The notes below the pieces were generated by a model, which did no database searches, had not been told where the DNA came from, and worked only from the letters and a program-made list of their open reading frames with translations. Shown here one piece after another: positions 12,281 through 24,121 of a stretch of DNA of 64,000 nucleotides. The DNA is taken from IMG/VR virus record IMGVR_UViG_3300040786_000066, one strand, 5' to 3'. Source of the stretch: a virus. Position 1 is the stretch's first letter. Every line of letters begins with the position of its first letter. The position numbers and the translations under genes are program-made.

Positions 12281-14323
12281 TTAAGCTTTTATATCTCCAA
12301 GAAAATTATAGTTGTTGGTAGCAGTCCCATTAGATGCAGCAATCTGCATAAGAAAAGAATTGTAGTTCTGTCCTTTTATTTTAAGCCCTAGCATTGCGGG
12401 AATTTAATTACTGTGCTGGCCGCTACAAAGACACATCTCCTGTACCTAACTGAAGAAATCCAACTTCCATTTTAGCCATTAATCCTGCGGGTACAGTTAT
12501 AATAACAGGTGTAGCACCGTTGTCTACTACTATAACATATCCGTTATCCGCATTAGAAAGTGTGAAGCTTGTTGTTACTGTTCTTTGTAAATTCCTGGAA
12601 CATAAGCAGATACAATGCTTTCAAGGTATTCTCTTGTCACCAATGATTTAACACTTCCGGCCAAAATAAGTGCATTAGTTACACTTGGCAAAGTCATCAA
12701 ACCATTTTTCAATAGTTCCAACGCGTTGCTTCTGGTGGATGCAGACCATTTCCCAGACGGAACGTTTACATTCCGTTACCAACAATAAAAGTGGGGCTGT
12801 TTCAATATTAACACCTTGTTCAGTATTGGTGTAATCCGCGTTAGCTTGCCCTATTACAGTAGTGCCAAAACTCTTGTTTAATAAAGCAACTCCTGAAGTT
12901 AATCCAACAGAGCCGTTAACAACGTTCCCGTTACCAAAAACAGTTTTATGTCCTAAGTAAGTGTAAGGAACATTATTAAAAGTTCCATTTATAAATGAAT
13001 TGTATGAAGCATTAAAATTATTTCTTCCTGATATAATGGAGTAAGCTGACGATGAAGTTGAATGATTATACATACCCATTACAGTATCTGCATAACCTTC
13101 GGCTGAAACATTCCAGCCATATGCATAACTAGATGTTCTTAGCGCCCCATACTGCTCAGTAGGATGAACTCCTAGTTGACCTACCTGACCAAACGCGTCT
13201 CCAAAGCCCCTTTATTTGCATCACTAAAATCATAAACGTAGTCTCCAATAGGCCCGTATTGAGTCTCATCTCTTCCTCTAGGAAAATAAGAATCATTAGC
13301 TTTATCAAATGGAGGCAAATAGGCTACAGGTATATCTTCTAAAGTAGCTAGTGTGTAAACACCTGGAGTAGCTTTAGCGGGTATTTGAATAGTAGTGTTA
13401 GCCGTAGGATTAACAAAATTTAAAGCTGTATTAAGCGTCCCAAGAAATTTCATAAGACCGTATGCACTAAGCCTAGTGGCTCCGTAAACAGTATCGTCTC
13501 CGGTATGTACATCTATAGAGTTTGTAGATATCTGAGTGTACACTTGAGAAGCAGTACTACCTACAATAATATCTTCAGAAAATGTCTTTTGACCTGTAAT
13601 TATTTGAGTCCCGGCAATAAAACAAGCCCTGTTGGTATAGCGTCTGCAGTTATAAATCCGGAATCATTGCTTAATTGTGAAACAGCCGTAGCCGTAGGAG
13701 GTACTTCTGCCCACGCAGCGTCTTTCCTACCGTACACTTTACCATTAGAGGGAGCGTCATCAAATGCTCTAGGGCCTCTGATAGGACCTACTCCCCAACC
13801 ATCCCCGTCTGAGACCATACCGTCTCCAGAAACTACTATATTATTGTAAGAATCTAAACCATCGGTAGAAGATACCCAAATCATGTTAGAGATTGAAGGA
13901 GATTTTAATAGTATGTTTGCTGATGTATCTGTCCCTTTAAGAGATATAATCTGCAAGTCATTTCGGGTAGCATAAGGATTACCTGCAGAAGGTTCAGTAG
14001 CCAAATTCAATGCGTCTATCTGATCTTGAGAAAAGACTGATGCATCAAAGCTTCCTGAAGAAAGATTCTTCCAAGTAGTGGGGATAGAAATATGCTCTCC
14101 CTCTGCTCCAGGTATTAGAGAAAAATACACATTATTAAGATGTAGTACCAACGATCCAGCAACAGCATAAGTACTGCTTATATTTAATGTGGGTATTCTT
14201 AGATTATCCCACCTTACATTTCCTTGGGCATCTGACAAAGCTATCAATCCTTCTGCAGGTTGCAGACCTCCTGGGTTAAGTAATTGAAGCCTCTTTTATT
14301 GTTAATGATCCTCGTACTAGCAT
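12281..14323 (-). CDS. tail fibre/spike protein, frameshifted
   Basis: DAPSNGKVYGRKDAAW and VSQLSNDSGFIT fibre motifs; Asn/Gly beta-repeat region. N-terminus paralogous to 28245-29283. Confidence 0.65.
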
Positions 14324-14446
14324 GGCATCTATTTTATTGTGTTGTTGATAATTACGGGTTCTCGAAGCCCTATATACTTATCTACTAATACACAATAATA
14401 TTGAACTAATACGTCTTTATCCATTATTTAGTTAGGCTAGAAAAAC

Positions 14447-14922
14447 CTATAAAAAAAAGGAACACCTTTCGATGTTCCTTAAATCTATGTAAATCTCCTT
14501 AAGCTTCCAGAAGCTTGAAAACACTGGGAAGTTACCTCCAGATTCAACGTTCTTAAGGTCAGTTATAAAGAACTCTTCGTGCTCTATTTCTTTCTCTTGA
14601 GAAAATAACGCTTCCATTTCTCCTGCAAATTTAACAAAAGTAGGGTTAGGCATTTTAGTTACTTTCTTCTTTTATCCATCACATCAATAAGTTGAGGTAT
14701 TGAAAACCCACCGTCAGCAGTAACGTCACCCGAGGCTCTAATAGCATCATCTCTCAACGTGTTAACAGACACATCTTCATCAGCAGCAATCTTTGCTATT
14801 TTAGATAAGTGATATTTAAATACCATAGGTAGTACTTGGGACAATAGACCCTTTTCAGAATTTAATTCTGCATTCAGTTGACAGAGCTCTGCTACTGTTA
14901 GTTTAGTTTTCTTAATTGACAT
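14447..14922 (-). CDS. hypothetical protein (possibly DUF1617-like), frameshifted
   Basis: Fragments 14659-14922 and 14447-14653. Confidence 0.45.
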
Positions 14923-15108
14923 GTCGTAAATTTATAAATAGTTAAGACAAATATATGCAAAACTTTATCTATACCGCCTCTTTGTGCGAATTTTACAAAT
15001 ATTTATTGTGCCGTAACTTCGGCCGTAGGGTTTTCTGTATCAACTGGATTACCTTGTTCATCTAAGCCCGGAGGCGTTGGAATAGTTCTTTGTGCCATGG
15101 TGTTTTAT

Positions 15109-15939
15109 TTAAATAGTTATTGAATTAGAAACAGCAGAAATATTACCGGCAGCGTCAGAAGCTACTGCAGTTATTATAGTACCTACAGCTACAGGATCTG
15201 TAAGTGTGTACTCAAACAATCCATCAGGACCGGCAATTACACTATAAGAAGTAGTAACACCTTCAAAATCAAAATGTACGGATACAGTAGTGTCTACATC
15301 TGAAGTACCAGTAACCGATACATTATCATATGCATTCAATACTGGGGCTGTAATTATAGGAGTTGGCTCAGGAGTTGGCTCAGGAGTTGTCTCAGGAGTT
15401 GTCTCAGGAGTTGTCTCAGGAGTAGGGGCTGGCGCCGGTTCTGTTAAAGGCGTAGGTGCCGGTTCTGTTAAAGGCGTAGGTGCCGGTGTAGACTCAACAG
15501 TAACTGGCTCAGCAGGTATAGGATCAGAGTACGCTACCCAATCTTCGTAACCTGATGAATAAACAGTATCAGTCATACAAGAATATAACAAGACGTCTTG
15601 CAATAACTTATCTTCTAAATCAGATCCTGTAAGTCCAGATGTATCCATAAAAGAAAGTACGCTCTTTGATAATCGTACTCCTCGTAACTTTTAATGTAGT
15701 TTTTCTTCCAATCTCTCTCTTCCAGGGCTATCAATATATTGCAAACGCATTGACTCCGGCATTGAGTTTCTAATTGCAATAGTTATGTGGTCATTAATTG
15801 TATAATCAATGGCTACCAAACTATAGCTCTTATCTATGTCGTTTCTTTGAGTTATCTGAAAATCGATCTCGATAATCGCTAAATGAACACCTGCTCTATC
15901 AGCAGAGAAAGGTAAAGGAATAGTGCTTCTTACTTTCAT
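15109..15939 (-). CDS. protein with Pro/Thr/Glu-repeat linker and C-terminal Ig-like (Big) domain
   Basis: (PTPLTEPA)2 and (TPET)n linker followed by SVTGTSD...ASDAAGNISAVS. Confidence 0.6.
15361..15486. repeat. 12-bp and 24-bp tandem repeats encoding the PT-rich linker
   Basis: ggagttg(g/t)ctca about 5 times; gccggttctgttaaaggcgtaggt twice. Confidence 0.85.
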
Positions 15940-15983
15940 GGTTTAGTTTGTTTGTGATTAATAAGTTTTGTAAATTGCTAATC

Positions 15984-16293
15984 CTTCTGTTACTAAAGGT
16001 CATTGACATTAATCTCAACACCATCTACAGTAACAAGTACTTCAGCAAGGTATCTACCATACTTTTCAGTATTGTCTTTTGAGTTTTATAATTACCTCTT
16101 TGTCCATTATAAGTTCTCTCAGTCTGTCTCTGCTTTTTAATCCTTCTTCTCTTGACTCGCCTCTTACCTCTGGACAGTTAATCCTGAGCAGTCTAAAAGA
16201 GTTTGTGAATTTGAAAGAAAATCCTAAATCTACTTCTACTGTTATGGTGTCTCCATCATAAACTTTGGTAACTTTTGATTTATACGTGTACAT
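15984..16293 (-). CDS. thermonuclease (SNase-like) family nuclease
   Basis: KVYDGDTITVEVDLGF...RLLRINCPE; after the frameshift, KYGRYLAEV. Confidence 0.85.
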
Positions 16294-16310
16294 AATTTAT
16301 ATTTAGTTGT

Positions 16311-17803
16311 TATTTACGCTATTTCTAGACCACCACCACCACCACCATAAGTAGTTGCAAATACTGCACTACTTCGTGCGGAATAATTAGCTCCAGAATA
16401 AGCCAGTACTTGGTAATAGTATGTAATACCCGGTGTTAAAAATTATCCATATAGTTTATGCTAGTTGTATCTATTACAACATCATAAATTCCATTAGCCC
16501 TAGTAGAACGATACAAGACATACCCCGTTGCTCCTGCTGTTGCATTCCACCCTGTAGATATTTCTGTGTCACTAAAAGTGTTTGCATACAATCCTGTTGG
16601 TGTAGCTGGTCCTGCCGGTGCAGCAGCAGTATTAATTGTAGCAGACTGTCCTGGAGCAGAAAAGTTACCATCAATATCTCTTGCAAATATTCTGAAATAG
16701 TATGATGTTGAAGGAGAAAGTCCCGTAACATTATAAGTAACTGTTCCAGTACTTTGTGTTGAATTGATAACTACTAATGCTGTTGTGGAGGAATTTGCAA
16801 ATATGTGATACTGACTTATGCCATAATCATCTGTAGAAGCTGTCCAACTTATGGTTAAAGCATTAGAAGTTATATTACTTATAACTATATTTGAAGGAGT
16901 TGATGGCGGTACATCAGTAGCCCTAGTTGTTGTTGCAGTAGCAGTATTACTTACAGCTGATATATTACCAGCAGCATCTCTAGCATAAACTGTAAAATTA
17001 TACGCCGTGCTAGGAGTAAGACCATAAACAGTGTAATTTGTCGTATTACCTATAGTATCAATCAAACTTCCATTTCTATAAATAAGATAATTAGTTACAC
17101 CAACAGCATCGGTGGAAGCTGTCCAAAGTAAATTTAACTGATTGCTTAAAATAGTATTTGTTGAAAGTGATGTAGGGGCTGATGGTGCCGTACTATCTGC
17201 CACAGCATTTGCACCTAAAATTGTACTGTTAAATTTCGACCGTCCGTAGTGCCTAATATATTTGATGGTGTACTAATTATAAAGTCCACCAACCAGCACC
17301 GGCATCATAACTCATCATCATCGCGGTTCTGTTATAACCATTTCCGTCTACGAGTATTGTAGCCCAATCAATTGGTGGTGTACTTTCAGGCACCCCTGAT
17401 ACAGTAAATGAGAATGCATTGCTATACCATTTTATTCCTGCTATGTTACCATTTTTAAGTGGTGCAACTCCTAGATAAGGAGTAAGACTTCCATACAAAA
17501 GAGTACCAGTGGTACTTCTTTGGTATCCCCACTCTTTAAATGTACCTCCACTATTTCCGACAATAAGATTTCCTTGATATTGTATATTTGAAGCTACTAA
17601 CCAAAACTTTTTTGCATTAACTGATTGCCTAAAATATCATTTGATCCCGTAGTAGGTGACAAATTATACATAGCAAATGCCATATCTTTAGTCATCATTT
17701 GTAATGTGTTAGGATTTGTTTGCCCACTTTTCAATGTAAACCCGCCACTTGATGCTTGATTGTATGCAACCATTTGATTTGCTGCTAAGTCGTTAAATGC
17801 CAT
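16311..17803 (-). CDS. fibronectin type III repeat virion protein, frameshifted
   Basis: Three FN3 units (W TASTD..GV..Y...GL.PST.Y.F...ARD..GN.S). Confidence 0.8.
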
Positions 17804-20800
17804 TTTGTAATTGTTTAAGTTGTTTCTCCAAAGAAGCCACCTTAGCCACTAGAACTTGAATGTAGTTTACAGACATAAATCCTTTATCGTCAATATTTAC
17901 TGCATTAGGCATGTGTTCTTTAACTTTACTTGCATCATAACCCACTTGAATCACTCCTCCCATAGAGTTGTCTTTCCAAAGATAGGATATTTCTTCTATG
18001 TTTAATACGGAGCTTGTATGAACTTTATCTACAAGAGTTTTCAATCTCATATCCGATGGACCGTAAAAGCTGTAGCCGTAACACTAGATGAAAAGTAGAT
18101 GTACCATCCGTATTTAATGTTAATCTATCACCTCCGTTTACTGCAAAGGCTAAAGGCTGAACTATTTCTACTGATATTCTAGAAGCAGCTCCAGCATTAA
18201 ATTGTATATATCCAGTTCTAGCTGTATTTGCTGCATTATAAAAGAAATATATGCAGAAGTACTTACCCCTCTAAAAATTCTGTACTAGTAGACTGAATTA
18301 AGCCACTCATTATTCCTCCTGCTAAAGGTAGCTTTGTTGGATCAGTCGCAAACCCTGCTGTAGTTGCATAGTTTACAGATTGACCACCTATGTTACCTGA
18401 ATGAATAATCTGCCTCCATTCTGCAAAAGTACTACCTGTTAATCTTCTAATATATAAGTCGTCATTATCAACAAAGGCAATTTGCTTACCATACTGCGAA
18501 CCATGATTTGTTGTAAAAGTAATTACACCATTAGCATTGTTTCCACTAGCTGGTTTATTTGTAGCTGTAGTCACAAAAGTGTCAAATCTAACAGCGTTGT
18601 CATTTGGTACTATATTTAAATCAGAAATACTTGAAGTTGTACCTATGTTAATCAGTCTTGACGAGCCACCAATATTAAGTGCTAAAGCTGTGCCTGTTAA
18701 ACCTGTTCCAGGTCCACTAAATATTCCACCAGATGAGATAACATCTTTAGCTATAAAGTTTTCATAACCTGTGCCCGGATTATTAAATATTCCAATTCTA
18801 CCACTACTTTCCATGGCTATACTTGAAGCAACAACACTTTGCCAATGGAAAGCCAGTCTAGGTGCTGCTGACATTACACCACCCTGACCACCACCCGCGT
18901 TTTTTTCTAAGATTTGAACTGATTGTTGATAAGATGTACCTTGTGTAGTAGAATAAATTACAGGTACAGCACCAATTATATTAGTTGAATTAGATGAATT
19001 TCCAGAGATACTAATTGGCCAAGTACCAGTAGGAGTCCCTCCTAAAACAACAGTCGCTGCGGTTGGTCCAGTTGAACCTGTCAATGTTAATCCACCATAA
19101 CTACCTGAGGAAGTTACAGAAGTCACACCTGGGTTATCTCCTGTATTTGTACCTGAAAGGTTAGAACCAAGTACACTACCACTAACCGTTAAATTTGAAA
19201 TCCCGTTAGCTACAGGTTTCAGTGTCATTGCATCATAAACAACACTACCTGAAGGTGTAAATCTCCATCTCCACCAGTCGTTGTTATTGTCATCCGTTAA
19301 ATTAAAATCAAAATATGTACCGTTTGCATTTATAGTGGTAGATATTGATGCTGAATCACTTGGATCAGTAGCAAATGAAATTGATGTTACACCAGTTAAT
19401 GTAATGTGATTATGTGCTAAAGGAGTTCTTGCATCACTTAACCTACTATCCGTAGATGAAATCAGTGTTGCATCTGAAACTAAAGTACTTAATTGAGCAA
19501 TTGTAATTGCTGTGTGAGAAAGTAGACTATGAGAAAGAGGTGTTCTTGCATCTGTAAACCTGGAGTCATCTGTAAAAGCAACATCCTTAAAGTTGCATAT
19601 GCAGTAGCTGACCCGTAAGCTTGCTGCCAAACCCTCATTCCTATTCCTGACTTTAAAATGTAACTAAATTGTCTGACCCACCTGTTCCATCTTGGTAACT
19701 TCTTAAATGTAAAAGTCAGCATAAGGACCTGTATTATTATTATTCCAAGTAAATCCAAATTGTAGCCTGTTTGCAGTACCGCTTGATGGTGAAATTGTTC
19801 TTTGATCTACGTTTGTTAAAAGACCTGCTATTGTAGCTGATGCTGAACTACCTGTTACGTTAATTCCCCACGAACCTATTGCTCCTGTGCCATTTGGTTG
19901 AACGGGGTGTACGTCAACGCATTTGTAACATCAGCACTACTTAAAGTAACAGGCCCTGTTCTTGTGTTAAAACTATCTACTTTAGTACCTGTCAGGTAAG
20001 AGCCTGCAGGTTGCTTATTGTTAAAGGTGTTCCAGTCCGCAGCAGTTAAATGTCCGGCTACAGATGTCGTTGCTGCAGGCATGCTTATAACTGGTGTTAA
20101 ACCTCCACTAGACAAAACAGGCCCTGCTGCACCAACTGAAGTTAAAGGAGCAAACCAATCTGTACTATACACTTTAAACCAAGGCATAACCGTAGTACCT
20201 AAAGTATCGCTGCTCTTAAACTTGTTAGTAAAAATAGAACCTGTATTGACAGTTCCTAAGTCTATTGTAACAATAGCTGTGTTTATTTCTGAAGAAACAT
20301 TTGCTCCTACTGATCTTACCCAAGCTCCTGCAGAGGCAATATATATACCATTATTCTGCGATGCTGTTTGGTCTTTAACTAACACTCTGTCGTTCGCAAC
20401 AAGAACAATACCGTCGATTGTCAGAAGCCCTGAAAGCGTGGTAATATTTGCTGTCGAAGCAACACGACAAGTAGCCTTATAAGCCGCGCCTGGTATATCA
20501 GTCATTTCTAACGTCTTCCAAATAGGGGCTGCTCCAGCTGCGGATTGTAATACTTGTCCGGCTATTCCCACCGGTGTATAAGCGTGAGCAGATCCTGTTC
20601 CATATCCGACTCCTCCTAGTGTAGCAGCAGCTGTACTATTAGTTCCTCCATTTGCTATTGCTAAGACTCCCGCCATGGTTATTACTCCACTACCTGTAAT
20701 GGAAGCAGAAAAGTCATTCCTGTTGTTCCACCACTCAGTCCTATAGAAGTTACTGTCCCTAAATTTGAAGTATATCCCGCAGGGTTAGATGAGTTATATG

Positions 20801-21620
20801 GTGTATAACCTAAATTACCTTCTGCTATAGACCAGCTACCTACAACTTGAACAGGTGCATCAGAGAGTGCTCTGACAGTATCTCCTAAACTAACGGCAAC
20901 ACCGCCTAGAGTTCCTACTGCAGATATTGTCCAAATATCTCCTTTAAGAATTGCACCTCCTGCACCGGACCCTCCAGCAGATGGAAATACATTTGTAGCA
21001 GCGCTGTAATTTCCTCTATCATCCCATAAACCCACTACTAATCCATCTGCGTATGTCTTTGCAGAATTTAAAGTATTAGTATCAGCTGCAGCTTGTGCAG
21101 TAGAAACCGGTTTATTTGCATCAGAAGTATTATCTACATTATTTATTAATAATGAAGTCCTTGCTGTACCAACAACTAAATTTAAAGTTCCACCATCCCA
21201 TTGTCTTCTCTCATTAAAAGCAGTGTTCCAAGTTGCAGCACTAGTTATCCTAGCATCAGCTAAAGTACCGGCCCAACCAACTGTAATAGTTGTAGCAGCT
21301 AATAAAGCAATTAACGGAGAACCTCCAAGGGCGAGTGTTATATTTATGTCATCCACTTTAGACAAAGCAGCTGCAATAACGTCTCCAGAGTTAGTTCCAA
21401 CTAAACCAAGATCTGCTTTAAGAGTAGCCAATGTCTGCACTTCAGGAACACCTGTAGCCGCAGTTTTTCTATAAAAACAGATGCAGTAGGCACATCAGCC
21501 ATTTTAGCTAATGTAACCGCTTTATCCGCTACTTTGAAGTGATTACAGCCAAGTCGGCAATATCCACTGTCTGGATATCACCGTCTTTACCTGTAAAGTA
21601 CCAACTCTAGTTTGAGCCAT
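17793..21620 (-). CDS. long tail fibre with C-terminal intramolecular chaperone (peptidase S74-like) domain, frameshifted
   Basis: Fibre repeats (LAIANGGT, DSRLSDARTP, VDNTSDANKPVSTAQ, KLPLAGG). C-terminal SDMRLK...GYDA...VNYIQVLVAKV. Confidence 0.75.
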
Positions 21621-21639
21621 TTGTCAGTGTTTTAAATTA

Positions 21640-23670
21640 TTATACGAAATAAGTTGCAATTACATTTGAAGCAGTGAGCGGTGAGTTTCCAGCCTCGAAA
21701 GTAACTGTAGCCCCAGTAATTTGGTAATCGTTACCTGCTCCTCTTTGTTGCAAAACTCCATTCACAAAATCATCTCTGTTGAAGCTACTGGTGTATTAGG
21801 AAGTGTGAATACAAGGTTAATTCCATTCGCTACTCCTGCAGCAGTTACACCAGCTTTATAATTCGCGGCAGTTACTGCATCCATTTTAAGGGCAGTATTC
21901 CCGTTTAATTTTTGTATTGCAGCTAAGATAGAATCTGTAGCAGCTACAACACCTGGACCTGAAGCATACCCAGTTAACACTTTGCTTATTACAGCAGAGT
22001 TAAGTAATGTCACAGCGCCTGAAACGTTTCCTGTTCCATCAAAAGCACCTGTAGTAAACGTAGCTTCACCTGTTCCAGAAATTGTTCTACCTGCTGCTAA
22101 AGCTGTAGCCGTAGAAGCATTTCCAGTTAAAGCACCAACAAAGATGTCGAAGTGATTGACACCATTCCAGCAATTGTACTTACTGTTGAAAGAGCAGCAA
22201 TTGCTGTTGTTCCTAATGTAAACAATGTACCTGTTAATGCACTAGTCGCAACTTTACCTGCAGTAGTTATCTGTAACAATTTAGAATCTGCAATAGAGCC
22301 AGCAAGCATTGTGTTTGTCACAGTACCAGTATCACCAGAAGTAATCAATATTCCAGAAGTTGCAGGCATAGTAAGTGTAGTCGCTCCAGCAACTGCTGAC
22401 GGTACTAATGTTACGGTACCAGAAGTAGATCCAGGAAAACAATCGATAAAATTCCAGTTAAAGCTTGGTTAGCTGATGCTCTATTTAAAGCAACTGCTGT
22501 AGTACCAATAAAAAACGTGCTGTTACCTAAAACTGCAGCAGAGATAGTACCTGTTAAGTTAGCTGCTGTAAGAGATGTTAGTGCAGCACCATTTCCTGAG
22601 AATCCTGTTGCTGATAAAATACCAGTAGAAGGAACAAAAGATAAATTAGCACTTGAAACTTTGGTAGGCTGATTTCCTGAAGCAGCACTTACCCAAGATA
22701 AAAATACCGGAGTAGCAGTAGCCGCGTCGTTTGTAACACCTACGTTAACTGTATTTGTAGCATTAGTTGCATTAGTTGCGTTTGTAACAAACGTTGCCCC
22801 TATAGCAGCAACAATATCTGCAGCAGAAGCCACTGATAACGCTCCAACATTATTACCTCTAAGTAAACCACCAGAAGTAAATGATACAGCTCCTGTACCA
22901 CCATTCCCTACTGCAAGAGTTCCAGAAACTTCCGCCCCACCAAGAGCAATTGCTTGCGATATAAACGCTCCAGCTCCGTTACTCTTAACAGGACCAGCAG
23001 CCAGCGTAGTGCTCAATGTTATTACAGGACTATTTCCACCTGAAGAAGAGCCTTGTAATCCGTTTACCGTAGCTATAGAGATAGCTGAAATACCTACGCC
23101 TGCACCTGCGAATTGCGTAAATGTCATAGCAGTACCTGCAGCCCCACCAACAGTAATTGAATCATTTGTAGTTAAAACCCATGCAGTATCAGCAAGAGTA
23201 GTTCCTTCTTCTATGAACATAAAAGCATTGGCAGTCACCTCAGTATCTGCGTCAAAATCAGTAGCTCTATCCCATACACCGTTAGCTCCAGTACCGGCTG
23301 TAGTAACTACATATATACCGTTAGCAGCGCCGTTAGTTGAGTTCTTTACTAAGATTCTATTTGTTGCAATAAGCGTAACTCCGTCAAGTACGTTAGGTGC
23401 CCCAGTTATCTGACCTCTTGTAGAAGCCCTGCAGTTGCAGTATAAGTACCGACGTTAGCCGTTGTAGCAGTTCTCACAGATTGCTTAACATCAAGCCCTG
23501 CAGCAGAAGCTACTACAGCAAAATTTATTTGATCATCAACATACTTTTACTAGATACATCTGCATCTACTAAAGGAGTAATTGGAACCTGAGGAAGCACA
23601 GAAAACCGCTGGCTCGTCTTTAAAGACTGAAGTAAACGGAGCTGCTTTTGTGTAAGATAGTATTTGCCAT
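21640..23670 (-). CDS. tail fibre protein, frameshifted
   Basis: GLDVKQSVRTATT...DGVTLIATNRILVKN...NGIYVV...WDRATDFD fibre module; Ala/Thr/Gly-rich shaft. Confidence 0.7.
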
Positions 23671-23684
23671 TTTAGTTTAATTTT

Positions 23685-23732
23685 AGTTATTAAGTTATTA
23701 AGTTATTGAGTTATTGAGTTATTGAGTTATTG
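23685..23732. repeat. 8-bp tandem repeat (AGTTATTR)6
   Basis: agttatta x2 followed by agttattg x4, intergenic. Confidence 0.9.
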
Positions 23733-23745
23733 TAGGTGTAACCTT

Positions 23746-24121
23746 TATTTTATAGTCTACTACCAGTAAGTCATCCGGATCTAACGGCGAGTTCATCACC
23801 AACACGTTTCCAGTACCCTCTCTGTAGTCATAATAATTCCTCTTGTTAAACGCATACCATTAAGGTATACTTTAAGAGTACCAAGAACATACTCATGTGT
23901 TAAGTACATAAATGGAGTGTAATCATTTCTCTCCTGTTATATTGTAATTGTAATCAGTAAAGTCCTCAGTAAGAGCGTTCATCACATTTGATAACTCGTC
24001 TCTAGTCACAAATGGGTTATCAGCCTCAGGCAAATTCGCCGCGTCCATAGCTGCTTTTGTCCAAGTGTGGGTAACGTGGGTAATTTTAATTGCCCTGCTT
24101 TTAACTTTTAGTTGACTTCAT
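23746..24121 (-). CDS. small tail-associated protein
   Basis: ATG at 24119-24121; AANLPEADNPFVTRDEL and LKVYLNGMRL..DY.E motifs. Confidence 0.5.
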
